Below, piece after piece: positions 54,301-59,650 of a stretch of DNA of 64,000 bases. Numbering within the stretch: position 1 is the stretch's first letter; every line of letters starts with the position of its first letter. The position numbers and the translations under genes were made by a program. The stretch is from NCBI RefSeq assembly GCF_902459465.1, contig NC_047064.1, positions 16,120,001 through 16,184,000 of the forward strand, read 5' to 3'. The notes under the pieces are model-generated. The model was not told the DNA's origin and searched no databases. It saw nothing but the letters and a program-made list of their open reading frames with translations. The DNA is from Asterias rubens. Its lineage: Eukaryota.

Positions 54301-57300
54301 TACTGTTATTTCAAACTAACAACCCACTTAGCTTGATCACGTCGCAAACATTTCAAAAGGAACGAATAAGGGAGAAATATCTACATTTTCCTTTTTCTCA
54401 CAATTTTTTTTCGCCTCTCAGCCGATCAGCCCATCGAGAACTACAACCCGGAAAATTGTAACTCCATCTTCGGGGACTGTCAATCGTCGTTCGATCTGAT
54501 CCAGTGCAAGTGTGAGCGTACCTGCGACACCTCCGGCCCCAAGGTGTGCGCCAGCAATAACATCACCTACCTCAGTTACTGTCACATGGAGGTCGCCTCA
54601 TGTCAGTTGAATGTAGACCTGGTGGCAAGACCGCTCACTGAATGTCCAGGTAAAAATAAATAATCCACAGAACTCGGGAAAGTACGGAGTATACAGAACC
54701 AGTACTACGCAACAGAGATTTACAAATGGTTCTACCACAAACCTCATCTAATTAAACTCCCACCATGCAAGGAATCCAAATTATTTTCTATAATCCTCAT
54801 GCAAAAAGTAACATCTATTGAATCTTTGCGTTACTCGCTGCTAAAACCTGGGTTTGGAACTGCTCTAGCAGTGAGGGTTCTAGTTCCATCCAAGAATTTT
54901 GTCAGTGGATTTTTTTTTTCTTCATAGAACTCAGGAAAGTACTAAATACACATCAGTGTTTGGGGTAAAAACCAAATTATATAAAACTAGCCCTATGAAG
55001 TACAGGGACACTTAGCTGTAAAAGTGGGTGCTCGTTCAAGAGATTCCATCACTCCCCTTCTAAAGAAACTTCATTGGTTGCCCGTAGAAAAACGTGTTGT
55101 ATTTAAGAATCTTATCATGTGTTTTAAAGCCCAGAATAATCTTGCTCCATCTTATATGTCAGATCTCATTCATAAGCACAATCCAGTACGTACACTTCGA
55201 TCATCGTCACAACACCTCCTTGCAGTACACCCTGTTAATATGCATACCTATGGAGACCGTTCCTTTGTGGCATCGGCTCCAACTCTGTGGAATTCTCTGC
55301 CCCTGACGATCAGGAATACATCTTCCCTTGTTGATTTCAAGAGTGCCTTAAAGACACACCTTTTCTTACAATAGTTTACCATTCTTGTATTGTTGTGTCG
55401 TTTTGCTTGTAGTGGTGTTATTTGTCCCCTTATATTTATGTTGTTGTAAATTGTATAGTGTACTTCTTTGTAAAGCGCTTAGAGAATTAAGTGTTAATTA
55501 TTAGGCGCTATATAAATCAAAAGTTATTATTATTATAAAAGTGTAGGGTTTAAGCATCCTGTCTTAAATGGTTGGTTGAATATAAGTATGTGTTCCAGGG
55601 AAGAATTGTTTATTTATTTTTTAACGGTGTGATATTTGAGTTTGATGAATTTTATTTTTACTCTTTTTTTTTGGGCTTCCTTTTTCAGTTATAGAAAAGG
55701 CTACAAAGGCCCCTATACCAGCAAGTTCTGGCTCGCCTTGGCGTAACCATGGCAACACAGACAAAGGCACTAAATCCTACGCAGAAGCGTCGGACAACGA
55801 TCAGAGCAACTACTCATCGTACGGCGATCAAGAGCCGAGTGCGATAGGAGACGATCCGACATCGTTTAATTACGACAGCCTGTACCATCTGCCGAAGAGA
55901 TTCTTTCTAGACGGAGAGAAAGCAAAGGAGTGGGGGACTGAGGACACGGAAGTACCGGAGGTTGTGCATAGACCATTTGCTTGGTGGGATGAGGACCCCA
56001 CTCCCTCTCTTGATAAGCCCCTCCCTGAGCCTCTCCCACAAGTGGGAGGCCTAGAGGTGACAAAAGGCGAGGAAGAGGTCCCAACTGCCATGGAGCATCC
56101 TCAAATCATGACGCAACAAGTCGAAGAGGTGCTTGACGGTGAGGCAGACAGGTTGACAAAATCACAGAGCGATGAAGGCACTGATACTGTACTGTTAGAG
56201 AAAAACCTAGATGGTACAGGTCTTGGAGTGCAGGAAGAAACTCCTTCTCAGTACCCTCGACATGAAGATGAAAGAGTTGAGATCGACGAAGACGTGGAGA
56301 AGGTTCAAAAGGACGTAGAAGAGATAGGAGAGCTAAAGGAAGAATGGCTTGAAGATGGTGGATTCAGAGATGAAGAACCTACAGATGGAGACAACAGGGA
56401 AGCGGTTGAGCCTCCTTCAGAAACTGGATACTTGACTCCCCAAGAATTACCCAAGTACTACTCCCTGGAGACTGAGGGTAGGTCCTTAAAAGTTTACAAA
56501 TCAAACTTTTCTGAAATCTCACTGATGTCCATGTTGACGCCAACTGTGGTTGTGTGTTCCAGAAGGGATTGGGCTATGATTAGCTATACTCAAGAAAGAT
56601 GGTTTTAAATGTAGAAATTAATTAATTTGAATGAGTACCTCCTTTGTTGTATCAGAGCAGAAAGGACTTTATAAGTCCTTCAGCTTTAAGCCAACTGGGT
56701 CTTTCTAGTTCTTATTAGTCCTTTCTGCTCTGAGTCGACTTAGGTTTTATAAGTAATTTTTCCTCCGAGTCGACAGTCTTTTGGGGTCTTAAAAGTCCTT
56801 TCTTCTCTGAGCCGACTTTGTAATGTTGGGTCGTTTGAACTCCTTTCTGCTCTGAGCCGACTGGGTATTGTTACATAGGTCGTTTAAACTCCTTTCTGCT
56901 CTGAGCCGACTTGGTCGTTCCTCGTCTTATAAGTCCTTTCTGCTCTGAGCAAACCAATAGTTCCTCAGTTACCCATGCAGATGGATAATTTGCTGTAAAT
57001 TGTTGTTCACTTTATAGGTGCCAGGGGAAGAGTTTCTCCACAGGAAAATGTGAGTAAATGCAATTTAAGTTCACACTTTACCACCAGTTGGTTCAGCACT
57101 GGTTATATTGTTTTCCTGTACTACCTGTTATTTCATTTTAGATAGCCCTGTTCACAAGACAGAGTCGATTGCCAGGATGTAAACCCCCCTGAAACAATTT
57201 TTAATTTGAATGTGGGGTAGCACAAATTTTGGTTCACTCGTACGTCCGGCTGGCGGGTGAAAAAAGGAAAGCCCCTGTTTGCATGTGTTCATCTTTGACT

Positions 57301-57982
57301 TACAGACAAATTCAGACTTTTTTTCAGAATATCATCCCTGTATAGCCATCTTGGGCAGATTTTTTGGTCTGTTTTGCATGTTTGATGTAATTTTTACTGA
57401 TTGTTATGTGCTGTAATTTTTTATTGATTTTTTTTTTTTTTTTGCATTTGCTTATTTTTGGATGGATTAATTTTCATAATTTTAATTTTCTTACTGGAAT
57501 TGTTTTTGTTATGCTCTCTCCAACAGGCTGGTCCTGGAGAGAGCGCAATATTAGTTCAATAAATTATCAATAAATTATCATAATTAAATCCAAGACATTC
57601 TGCATTCTAGAGCAGAATTCTTCACCACTAGACTACTGGGCTCTCCCAGCGGTGAGAGAACAGGATTCAGAAATTTTCTCTCCTCATGTTTTTTTTTTCG
57701 TTACTAATTTTTTCCCCACTTTTTGTTAAAACCCAGGTGCAAGATGATATTGATCAACCAACTCCCAATGAGGAAACGCCAACACAGTGGATGGCGGAAA
57801 CGGACGTACTCCGTAGTCCCCGGGTTGTTGGGCTAGACACCATGGTAAACGACGAAGCGGCAGTGCCTGCTGCCACCGTTGACGAGGCTGCGCATATTGA
57901 TGGTGAGACGACGCATGAGCGAACAAAACACCACCACAAGGCAGCAACAGAGAGACGGCGAAGAGGGATGAGAAAGGCTTAA
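256..57982 (+). CDS. CPAMD8: CPAMD8-like thioester-containing protein (C3/A2M family with Kazal domain); spliced CDS of 40 exons, 6273 nt, ~2090 aa (2102 aa with optional exon 57616-57651)
   Basis: Manually joined GT-AG exons keep one open frame with matching phases. Motifs [81 protein letters not shown], a FAMeT-like insert and a C-terminal Kazal domain match the CPAMD8 architecture as recalled. Confidence 0.95.
1025..1262 (-). mobile_element. MITE family A, partial copy
   Basis: Internal hairpin plus one TIR, reverse orientation. Confidence 0.75.
1751..2082 (-). mobile_element. MITE family A, diverged copy
   Basis: aggcactggacac start, ...gcct|ttaa end. Confidence 0.72.
2356..2661 (-). 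mobile_element. MITE family A, deleted copy ~50 bp upstream of exon 2
   Basis: Family A body; end gtgtccagtgcct|ttaa. Confidence 0.75.
2718..2869 (+). CDS. CPAMD8: CPAMD8 exon 2 (MG1: [14 protein letters not shown]...ERVIM)
   Basis: acaacag acceptor, G|gtaagg donor; phase 2 in, phase 1 out. Confidence 0.93.
6720..6742 (+). CDS. CPAMD8: CPAMD8 exon 3, 23-nt micro-exon (GKGKLTLQ)
   Basis: tacacag acceptor, CAG|gtaagc donor; supplies the phase 1 to 0 change needed between exons 2 and 4 and aligns to the KGTIKLK-type strand. Confidence 0.85.
6748..6925. repeat. Degenerate ~22-bp minisatellite (aagttagcaaaattgttaactc) with embedded (AAAC)n
   Basis: About 7 units directly after the exon 3 donor. 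Confidence 0.75.
7336..7620. repeat. Two diverged ~148-bp tandem units (gacgatgtttgctg...cagcggcgcttaaac)
   Basis: Direct comparison of 7336-7480 with 7485-7620. Confidence 0.65.
8475..8912 (+). mobile_element. MITE family A variant carrying a 73-bp nested element
   Basis: Both TIRs present; interrupted at 8568-8640. Confidence 0.7.
8568..8640. mobile_element. 73-bp mini-MITE with 12-bp perfect TIRs (GGGTGCGTTCGT), Harbinger-like ends
   Basis: Perfect inverted ends; splits the family A motif cattgtgagaaa. Confidence 0.65.
9108..9477 (+). mobile_element. Kolobok-type non-autonomous DNA transposon (MITE family A), intact 370-bp copy
   Basis: TTAA on both sides; ~24-bp TIRs AGGCAGTGGACACTATTGGTAATT / AATTACCAATAGTGTCCAGAGTCT (AG...CT ends); internal hairpin. 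Confidence 0.85.
9712..9877 (+). CDS. CPAMD8: CPAMD8 exon 4 (VPRDVRG...[18 protein letters not shown]1/MG2)
   Basis: tttcag acceptor, G|gtaggt donor; diagnostic A2M-family IQTDKPVY motif. Confidence 0.96.
11305..11357 (+). CDS. CPAMD8: CPAMD8 exon 5 ([18 protein letters not shown])
   Basis: ctttag acceptor, CCG|gtaaga donor; phase 1 to 0. Confidence 0.9.
11700..11772 (+). CDS. CPAMD8: CPAMD8 exon 6 ([24 protein letters not shown])
   Basis: Long pyrimidine tract plus aag acceptor, G|gtgagt donor; DPxGSRMIxW motif. Confidence 0.93.
12768..12940. repeat. ~90-bp tandem duplication followed by a poly-C run
   Basis: tctcttgtactacagt...gtatccggcctgaatcgtttaccc occurs twice. Confidence 0.8.
14557..14914 (+). 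mobile_element. MITE family A variant
   Basis: TTAA on both sides, TIRs, family body. Confidence 0.8.
14969..15082 (+). CDS. CPAMD8: CPAMD8 exon 7 ([18 protein letters not shown]...FEVNKY)
   Basis: ttcacag acceptor, G|gtaagt donor; FPLSDQPxLGEW motif. Confidence 0.96.
17373..17755 (-). mobile_element. MITE family A, full copy
   Basis: TTAA on both sides, TIRs. Confidence 0.85.
18048..18132 (+). CDS. CPAMD8: CPAMD8 exon 8 ([15 protein letters not shown]...VKAR, MG3)
   Basis: ttttcag acceptor, AG|gtaaga donor; VLPxFEV motif. Confidence 0.95.
20929..21037 (+). CDS. CPAMD8: CPAMD8 exon 9 ([14 protein letters not shown]...YMFMD)
   Basis: ttccag acceptor, GAT|gtaagt donor; YxFGKPV motif. Confidence 0.96.
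21117..21464. mobile_element. Second TTAA/Kolobok-type MITE family (D; TIR aggaacacgttgcc-type)
   Basis: ttaa|agggg...caacgtgttcct|tgaa. Other copies at 31726-32073 and ~11470-11646 (partial). Confidence 0.72.
21630..22403 (+). mobile_element. 5'-truncated L2-clade LINE (ORF2 C-terminal relic plus 3' UTR and (ATT)n tail)
   Basis: [11 protein letters not shown]...[10 protein letters not shown]...LQNAAARVL...[12 protein letters not shown]...RAFS...LWN.LP...KTHLF with two in-frame stops; gcgcattataaatgc(att)n end. Confidence 0.88.
22427..22654 (+). CDS. CPAMD8: CPAMD8 exon 10 ([10 protein letters not shown]...[10 protein letters not shown])
   Basis: tcttag acceptor, AAG|gtgagt donor; 76 codons, phase 0-0. 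Confidence 0.95.
23287..23664 (+). mobile_element. MITE family A, full copy
   Basis: TTAA on both sides, TIRs, internal hairpin. Confidence 0.85.
24063..24245 (+). mobile_element. caggcctg-ended small repeat (gggcacc-rich); reverse partial copy at ~18560-18674
   Basis: Two homologous copies in opposite orientation. Confidence 0.6.
24498..24869 (+). mobile_element. MITE family A, full copy ending 25 nt before the exon 11 acceptor
   Basis: TTAA on both sides, TIRs. Confidence 0.82.
24899..25066 (+). CDS. CPAMD8: CPAMD8 exon 11 ([11 protein letters not shown]...HIWIN, MG4)
   Basis: gtttag acceptor, AAT|gtgagt donor; YPDGSPA motif. Confidence 0.95.
25619..25747 (+). CDS. CPAMD8: CPAMD8 exon 12 (AKVKAIDG...[13 protein letters not shown]...NLK)
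   Basis: caccag acceptor, AAG|gtaagg donor; SLGSWYSPS motif. Confidence 0.95.
26326..26852. mobile_element. Palindrome-headed repeat family H, copy 1
   Basis: Homologous over ~500 bp to 59651-60180. Confidence 0.8.
27085..27286 (+). CDS. CPAMD8: CPAMD8 exon 13 (VGDNAII...[20 protein letters not shown]...SRRRRF...KQ)
   Basis: ggtag acceptor, G|gtaatc donor; STCPCNF and RGNIV motifs. Missed by the + strand ORF track. Confidence 0.94.
28016..28179 (+). CDS. CPAMD8: CPAMD8 exon 14 ([14 protein letters not shown]...LLVFYVR...EGVAD...FENE)
   Basis: tcttag acceptor, GAG|gtgaga donor; LLVFYV/VAD motif. Confidence 0.95.
29243..29514. mobile_element. 272-bp MITE with ~32-bp TIRs (CCCAGGTCAAAATTCCAG...), copy 1
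   Basis: Long TIRs; internal aactgg/aactag motifs; about 5 differences from copy 2. Confidence 0.85.
30268..30539. mobile_element. 272-bp MITE, copy 2, flanked by a ~60-bp direct duplication
   Basis: Near-identical to 29243-29514; flanks 30203-30267 and 30540-30597 are repeats of each other. Confidence 0.85.
31726..32073. mobile_element. MITE family D copy ending 42 nt before exon 15
   Basis: TTAA on both sides; TIR cggaacacgttgc / gcaaggtgttcct. Confidence 0.75.
32120..32269 (+). CDS. CPAMD8: CPAMD8 exon 15 ([13 protein letters not shown]...[11 protein letters not shown]...EK)
   Basis: ttttag acceptor, AAA|gtatgt donor; VDxSVxLL motif. Confidence 0.95.
33098..33232 (+). CDS. CPAMD8: CPAMD8 exon 16 with the RRRKR beta/alpha processing site (33173-33187)
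   Basis: tttcag acceptor, AGG|gtcagt donor; IFAELENYD...[12 protein letters not shown]...DANFAF. Confidence 0.94.
33356..33570 (-). mobile_element. LINE 3'-end relic (L2/CR1 type)
   Basis: ...[26 protein letters not shown] on the minus strand; a similar relic lies at ~35746-35925. Confidence 0.65.
34229..34298 (+). CDS. CPAMD8: CPAMD8 exon 17 ([23 protein letters not shown])
   Basis: aaacag acceptor, G|gtaagg donor; GLxVMTD motif. Confidence 0.92.
34733..35673. mobile_element. ~940-bp non-autonomous DNA element, Harbinger-like (TIR AGCCGTGTTCGCA.TGGA)
   Basis: Inverted ends agccgtgttcgcattggac / atccagtgcgaacacggct; subterminal aaccgag/ttacc repeats; no transposase ORF. Confidence 0.72.
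36375..36769 (-). mobile_element. MITE family A copy
   Basis: Family body, reverse orientation, left end degenerate. Confidence 0.8.
37536..37671 (+). CDS. CPAMD8: CPAMD8 exon 18 (bait-like region, [13 protein letters not shown])
   Basis: atgcag acceptor, AG|gtaaaa donor; FPETW motif. Confidence 0.95.
37810..37985 (+). mobile_element. tRNA-derived SINE family (cagaactcgggaaagtactgagtatac core); other copies at ~29763-29920 (-), ~10000-10310, ~54665-54990
   Basis: tagttggtaag A-box-like and gggttcgaatcc B box, followed by a shared body. Confidence 0.7.
38022..38256 (+). CDS. CPAMD8: CPAMD8 exon 19 (VPDTITTW...[15 protein letters not shown]...VYNYL); alternative start 38025 (NAGNAG)
   Basis: ccagCAG tandem acceptor, CAG|gtttgt donor; PDTITxW and LPYSVxRGE motifs. 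Confidence 0.95.
38626..38776 (+). CDS. CPAMD8: CPAMD8 exon 20 (MG7)
   Basis: tttcag acceptor, G|gtaact donor; phase 0 to 1. Confidence 0.9.
38812..39178 (+). mobile_element. Third TTAA/Kolobok-type MITE family (E; TIR agccattatacactttcgg)
   Basis: TIRs agccattatacactttcg / cgaaagtgtataatggct then TTAA; near-identical copy at 41185-41539. Confidence 0.83.
39719..39978 (+). mobile_element. Internally deleted MITE family A copy with a family B element inside its right TIR
   Basis: TTAA on both sides; right TIR split as gtgtc-cag[insert]cag-tgtct. Confidence 0.8.
39833..39970. mobile_element. Harbinger-like MITE family B (taggact/agtccta-rich), CAG target duplication
   Basis: TIR gggttgatttcacaaa / tttgtgaaatcgacgg; CAG duplicated. 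Relatives at ~25838-26046 and ~44327-44489. Confidence 0.7.
40091..40191 (+). CDS. CPAMD8: CPAMD8 exon 21 ([12 protein letters not shown]...[12 protein letters not shown])
   Basis: Pyrimidine tract plus gaag acceptor, GAG|gtgagg donor; CC and DxIxxxxLVE pattern. Confidence 0.88.
40688..40739 (+). CDS. CPAMD8: CPAMD8 exon 22 ([17 protein letters not shown])
   Basis: ttgcag acceptor, G|gtaaga donor; PEG and FFCP motifs. Confidence 0.94.
40793..41539 (+). mobile_element. Tandem TTAA MITEs: family F (40793-41180) and family E (41185-41539) sharing one TTAA
   Basis: ttaa|aggaacataacagaattggt...accaattctgtaacctacct|ttaa|agccattatacac...taatggct|ttaa. Confidence 0.8.
41964..42167 (+). CDS. CPAMD8: CPAMD8 exon 23, FAMeT-like domain part 1 ([10 protein letters not shown]...[15 protein letters not shown])
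   Basis: ccacag acceptor, G|gtcagt donor; motifs typical of the Methyltransf_FA domain. Confidence 0.95.
42275..42366 (+). CDS. CPAMD8: CPAMD8 exon 24, FAMeT-like domain part 2 ([20 protein letters not shown])
   Basis: ttttag acceptor, CAG|gtatgg donor. Confidence 0.95.
42903..43038 (+). CDS. CPAMD8: CPAMD8 exon 25, FAMeT-like domain part 3 ([16 protein letters not shown]...YIGFTTG...GEFRIWKK)
   Basis: tgttag acceptor, G|gtaggt donor. Confidence 0.94.
43178..43267 (+). CDS. CPAMD8: CPAMD8 exon 26 ([14 protein letters not shown]...[12 protein letters not shown])
   Basis: aatag acceptor, G|gtgaga donor; VPGSER motif. Confidence 0.93.
44115..44291 (+). CDS. CPAMD8: CPAMD8 exon 27, thioester exon (GDVMGPTL...[15 protein letters not shown]); GCGEQ at 44171-44185
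   Basis: tttcag acceptor, G|gtatgc donor; canonical thioester motif. Confidence 0.98.
45154..45392 (+). CDS. CPAMD8: CPAMD8 exon 28 (GYQRQLTY...[13 protein letters not shown]...GRVLNKDIQ)
   Basis: tctcag acceptor, CAG|gtagag donor; thioester-domain motifs. Confidence 0.97.
45417..46173 (+). mobile_element. MITE family A copy interrupted by an inverted family A copy
   Basis: Outer TTAA...TTAA with TIRs; inner element at 45606-45984. Confidence 0.85.
45606..45984 (-). mobile_element. MITE family A nested in its own family
   Basis: TTAA duplicated at 45602-45605 and 45985-45988; the host sequence resumes seamlessly (agaatttaa...ggtctcg). Confidence 0.87.
46590..46836 (+). CDS. CPAMD8: CPAMD8 exon 29 (GGIQG...LTAYVLVAL...[14 protein letters not shown]...AIRR)
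   Basis: ttatag acceptor, G|gtgaga donor. Confidence 0.97.
47577..47797 (+). CDS. CPAMD8: CPAMD8 exon 30 (DSLTYW...[10 protein letters not shown]...[15 protein letters not shown])
   Basis: ttacag acceptor, CAG|gtaagt donor. Confidence 0.97.
47809..48520 (+). mobile_element. Cluster: truncated family A (47809), unrelated ~155-bp repeat (47850-48003), full family A (48009-48377), tandem partial copy (from 48382)
   Basis: Repeated TIR aggcactggacac/aggtagttgacac. The 47850-48003 segment recurs at ~58635-58795. Confidence 0.75.
48676..48837 (+). CDS. CPAMD8: CPAMD8 exon 31 ([13 protein letters not shown]...KVLQTNK)
   Basis: cgtag acceptor, AAG|gtaagt donor. Confidence 0.96.
49529..49591 (+). 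CDS. CPAMD8: CPAMD8 exon 32 ([21 protein letters not shown])
   Basis: ctgtag acceptor, CAG|gtaaga donor; GxGCxLxQ motif. Confidence 0.93.
50062..50243 (+). CDS. CPAMD8: CPAMD8 exon 33 ([10 protein letters not shown]...AFKLNV...RRRKR...LEVCAR)
   Basis: caacag acceptor, AG|gtgagt donor; YNxPDP and LEVCxR motifs. Confidence 0.95.
51425..51512 (+). CDS. CPAMD8: CPAMD8 exon 34 ([27 protein letters not shown])
   Basis: gatcag acceptor, TTG|gtaagt donor; SNMAVxEVxLxxGF receptor-binding-domain motif. Confidence 0.96.
51760..52270. repeat. Degenerate ~145-bp period AT-rich tandem repeat
   Basis: tctaaga[ag]ctgtgtattt...gtgaaaa recurs at ~51899, ~52040 and ~52188. Confidence 0.6.
52452..52632 (+). 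CDS. CPAMD8: CPAMD8 exon 35 ([18 protein letters not shown]...VKVYDYYEP)
   Basis: ttgtag acceptor, C|gtgagt donor; VYDYYEP motif. Confidence 0.96.
53748..53864 (+). CDS. CPAMD8: CPAMD8 exon 36 ([26 protein letters not shown])
   Basis: gatcag acceptor, G|gtaagt donor; FYNVS and SPLARELC motifs. Confidence 0.94.
54422..54649 (+). CDS. CPAMD8: CPAMD8 exon 37, Kazal domain ([33 protein letters not shown]...C)
   Basis: ctctcag acceptor, G|gtaaaa donor; Kazal cysteine spacing C-x3-C-x7-C-x10-C-x6-C. Confidence 0.93.
55024..55537 (+). mobile_element. 5'-truncated L2-clade LINE
   Basis: [12 protein letters not shown]...RTLRSS...GDRSF...LWNSLP...[10 protein letters not shown]; 3' gcgcttagag...ggcgctatataaat(tta)n. 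Confidence 0.88.
55689..56477 (+). CDS. CPAMD8: CPAMD8 exon 38, 789-nt exon encoding an acidic low-complexity tail
   Basis: Strong tttttcag acceptor in phase 1; open for 263 codons; G|gtaggt donor at 56477. Without splicing the frame stops at 56608. Confidence 0.82.
56652..56948. mobile_element. Foldback-like MITE with 17-bp TIR (TCAGAGCAGAAAGGACT) reiterated internally
   Basis: Ends are reverse complements; tcctttctgctctgag-type units recur about 6 times inside. Confidence 0.65.
57018..57049 (+). CDS. CPAMD8: CPAMD8 exon 39, 32-nt mini-exon ([11 protein letters not shown])
   Basis: tttatag acceptor, AAT|gtgagt donor; provides the phase 1 to 0 bridge to the terminal exon. Confidence 0.7.
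57616..57651 (+). CDS. CPAMD8: Optional 36-nt exon ([12 protein letters not shown])
   Basis: agcag acceptor with a weak pyrimidine tract, GCG|gtgaga donor; phase 0-0, in frame; leaves an 85-nt intron. Confidence 0.35.
57737..57982 (+). CDS. CPAMD8: CPAMD8 terminal coding exon (VQDDIDQP...[17 protein letters not shown])
   Basis: Long pyrimidine tract plus acccag acceptor, phase 0; GC-richer coding-like composition; TAA at 57980-57982. Confidence 0.75.
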   Translation: MQDDIDQPTPNEETPTQWMAETDVLRSPRVVGLDTMVNDEAAVPAATVDEAAHIDGETTHERTKHHHKAATERRRRGMRKA

Positions 57983-59241
57983 GAAGAGGCTCAGGTACCA
58001 GCTTATCAATAAGAAGAAATTTAAACAAAATTGCTTAGCTCACTCTGTCGAGTGATTTATTTTGATGGCCAGCATTAAGGGTCAGTTTCGTCATTTCACA
58101 CAAGGGAAGCTTGAAAATATGGCACCAAGATTTTTGTGCGCATGCAAATAATGCTAATCCCTGAAAAAGAGGAAAAAAGAGATAGGTTCACACAAGGGAA
58201 GTTCACACGAGGGAAGCTTATAATATACGTGTCACCAACTTTGTTTTGTGCATTCATAAAATGCTTGCCCCTTCTGATTTTCTGCTGCAAACTACAGGGA
58301 AATAACTCTGTTTATGAGACTGCAAAAAGGCTGACTAAAATTGTAACTATAAGCTACTTGTGGTATGTGGGTTTCAGTGTCTTTTTAGGGCATTACTCAC
58401 TAAGTTAAAGCATAGACGTGCCTTCTGCTACATATGGTCACAAACAAATGAGCAAAATTTTATCATTGTGGAGGACTTGAGCCAGTTTAAATTTTTGTGA
58501 AAACTGTAGATTGTTTTAAAATGATTATAGATCTAGGCTGTATTGGGCTTGTTTGTCAGAGAGCAGTTAAAAAAATAATCGTGAATTTGTTTTAATATTC
58601 AACTGTATTATTCAAACAGTTTGAATAATTTATAAATACAGCATGCCAGGTTTTTAACATTTAAGTATACATAATATATATACTTCTTTCTGTATATACA
58701 TATCTAGATATATTTTGTAAGTGATTCTAGAACTTCCCCCCCTGTCCCCATAATGGACTGGTCCTAAGAGCGGGGCTAACTATTTGGATATCTTCCTAAA
58801 GACCCAATCGGTGTTCCTATTGGACTTTTTTTAATTATAGTACTGCAACCTTTCTAAGAATGACAAACTTAAATCCAGTGGGGACGGATGGTAAACGGAC
58901 CTACCTGTCAACTTCTTGCGACCCTGATGTTAAACCAACATGGACAACTTCCGCGCAGCCACGGAAGCTAAGTAGGGCTGCTAAACTGTCCAATGGGAAA
59001 AACTCTGTGCTGTTAACCCACCACGACCACGCAGTAAAATGCTATGCAAACTTCAGAGGAATACAGTCCAGGTGGAAACGCACGGTAGAGTTACACCAAA
59101 GCCAGTCACGGTATTGCATGGCAGCAGAAGAAAAAGTCTGATGGGAACATGGCTTGAATTACTTCAAGTAAACTGAGACTGTTTAATCTCCTTTTACAAT
59201 TCAATTATAAAAAGACTGAAAAAAACACACTAAAAAAACTC

Positions 59242-59481
59242 TTTGTTCACATCTAGGAGAAACTCATGATAACAATTTGTTTTTCGCATATTTTATGTAC
59301 AAATGTATCAAAATTTGACCATGATGTACAGTAACTAAGAAAGGGTTTTCCTATCAATTTTGTTCACATCTAGGAGAAACTCATGATAACAATTTGTTTT
59401 TCGCATATTTTATGCACAAATGTATCAAAATTTGACCATGATGTACAGTAACTAAGATAGGGTTTTCCTATCAATTTTGTT
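59242..59481. repeat. Recent 117-bp tandem duplication
   Basis: Two units starting at 59242 and 59359; only two substitutions seen. Confidence 0.88.
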
Positions 59482-59650
59482 TTGAAAATTTTATGCAGAA
59501 CTGTTAGTTAAATTCATTCCGAAACTGTTTCATAGCAATGATGCTTATTTTTATCAGCAAACCTTTCATTATTGTTGTCAATATTGTTGTTATCTTGTTT
59601 TCAACTTCTTGTCATGTACTTGATAGAGGAACCCAACGTATAACATCATT

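Noticed and set aside
55964-56608. Stand-alone 214-aa acidic protein
   Set aside because: Its start is GTG inside a frame already open from the 55689 acceptor; it is part of CPAMD8 exon 38.
56652-56948. CRISPR-like repeat-spacer array (also 6748-6925)
   Set aside because: Eukaryotic intron, no cas genes, degenerate repeats and related spacers; terminal inversion indicates a MITE or minisatellite.
256-57982. Assignment as C3, CD109 or classical A2M
   Set aside because: No anaphylatoxin or C345C domain and no catalytic His (not C3); no GPI signal (not CD109); the FAMeT-like insert plus Kazal domain are CPAMD8-specific.
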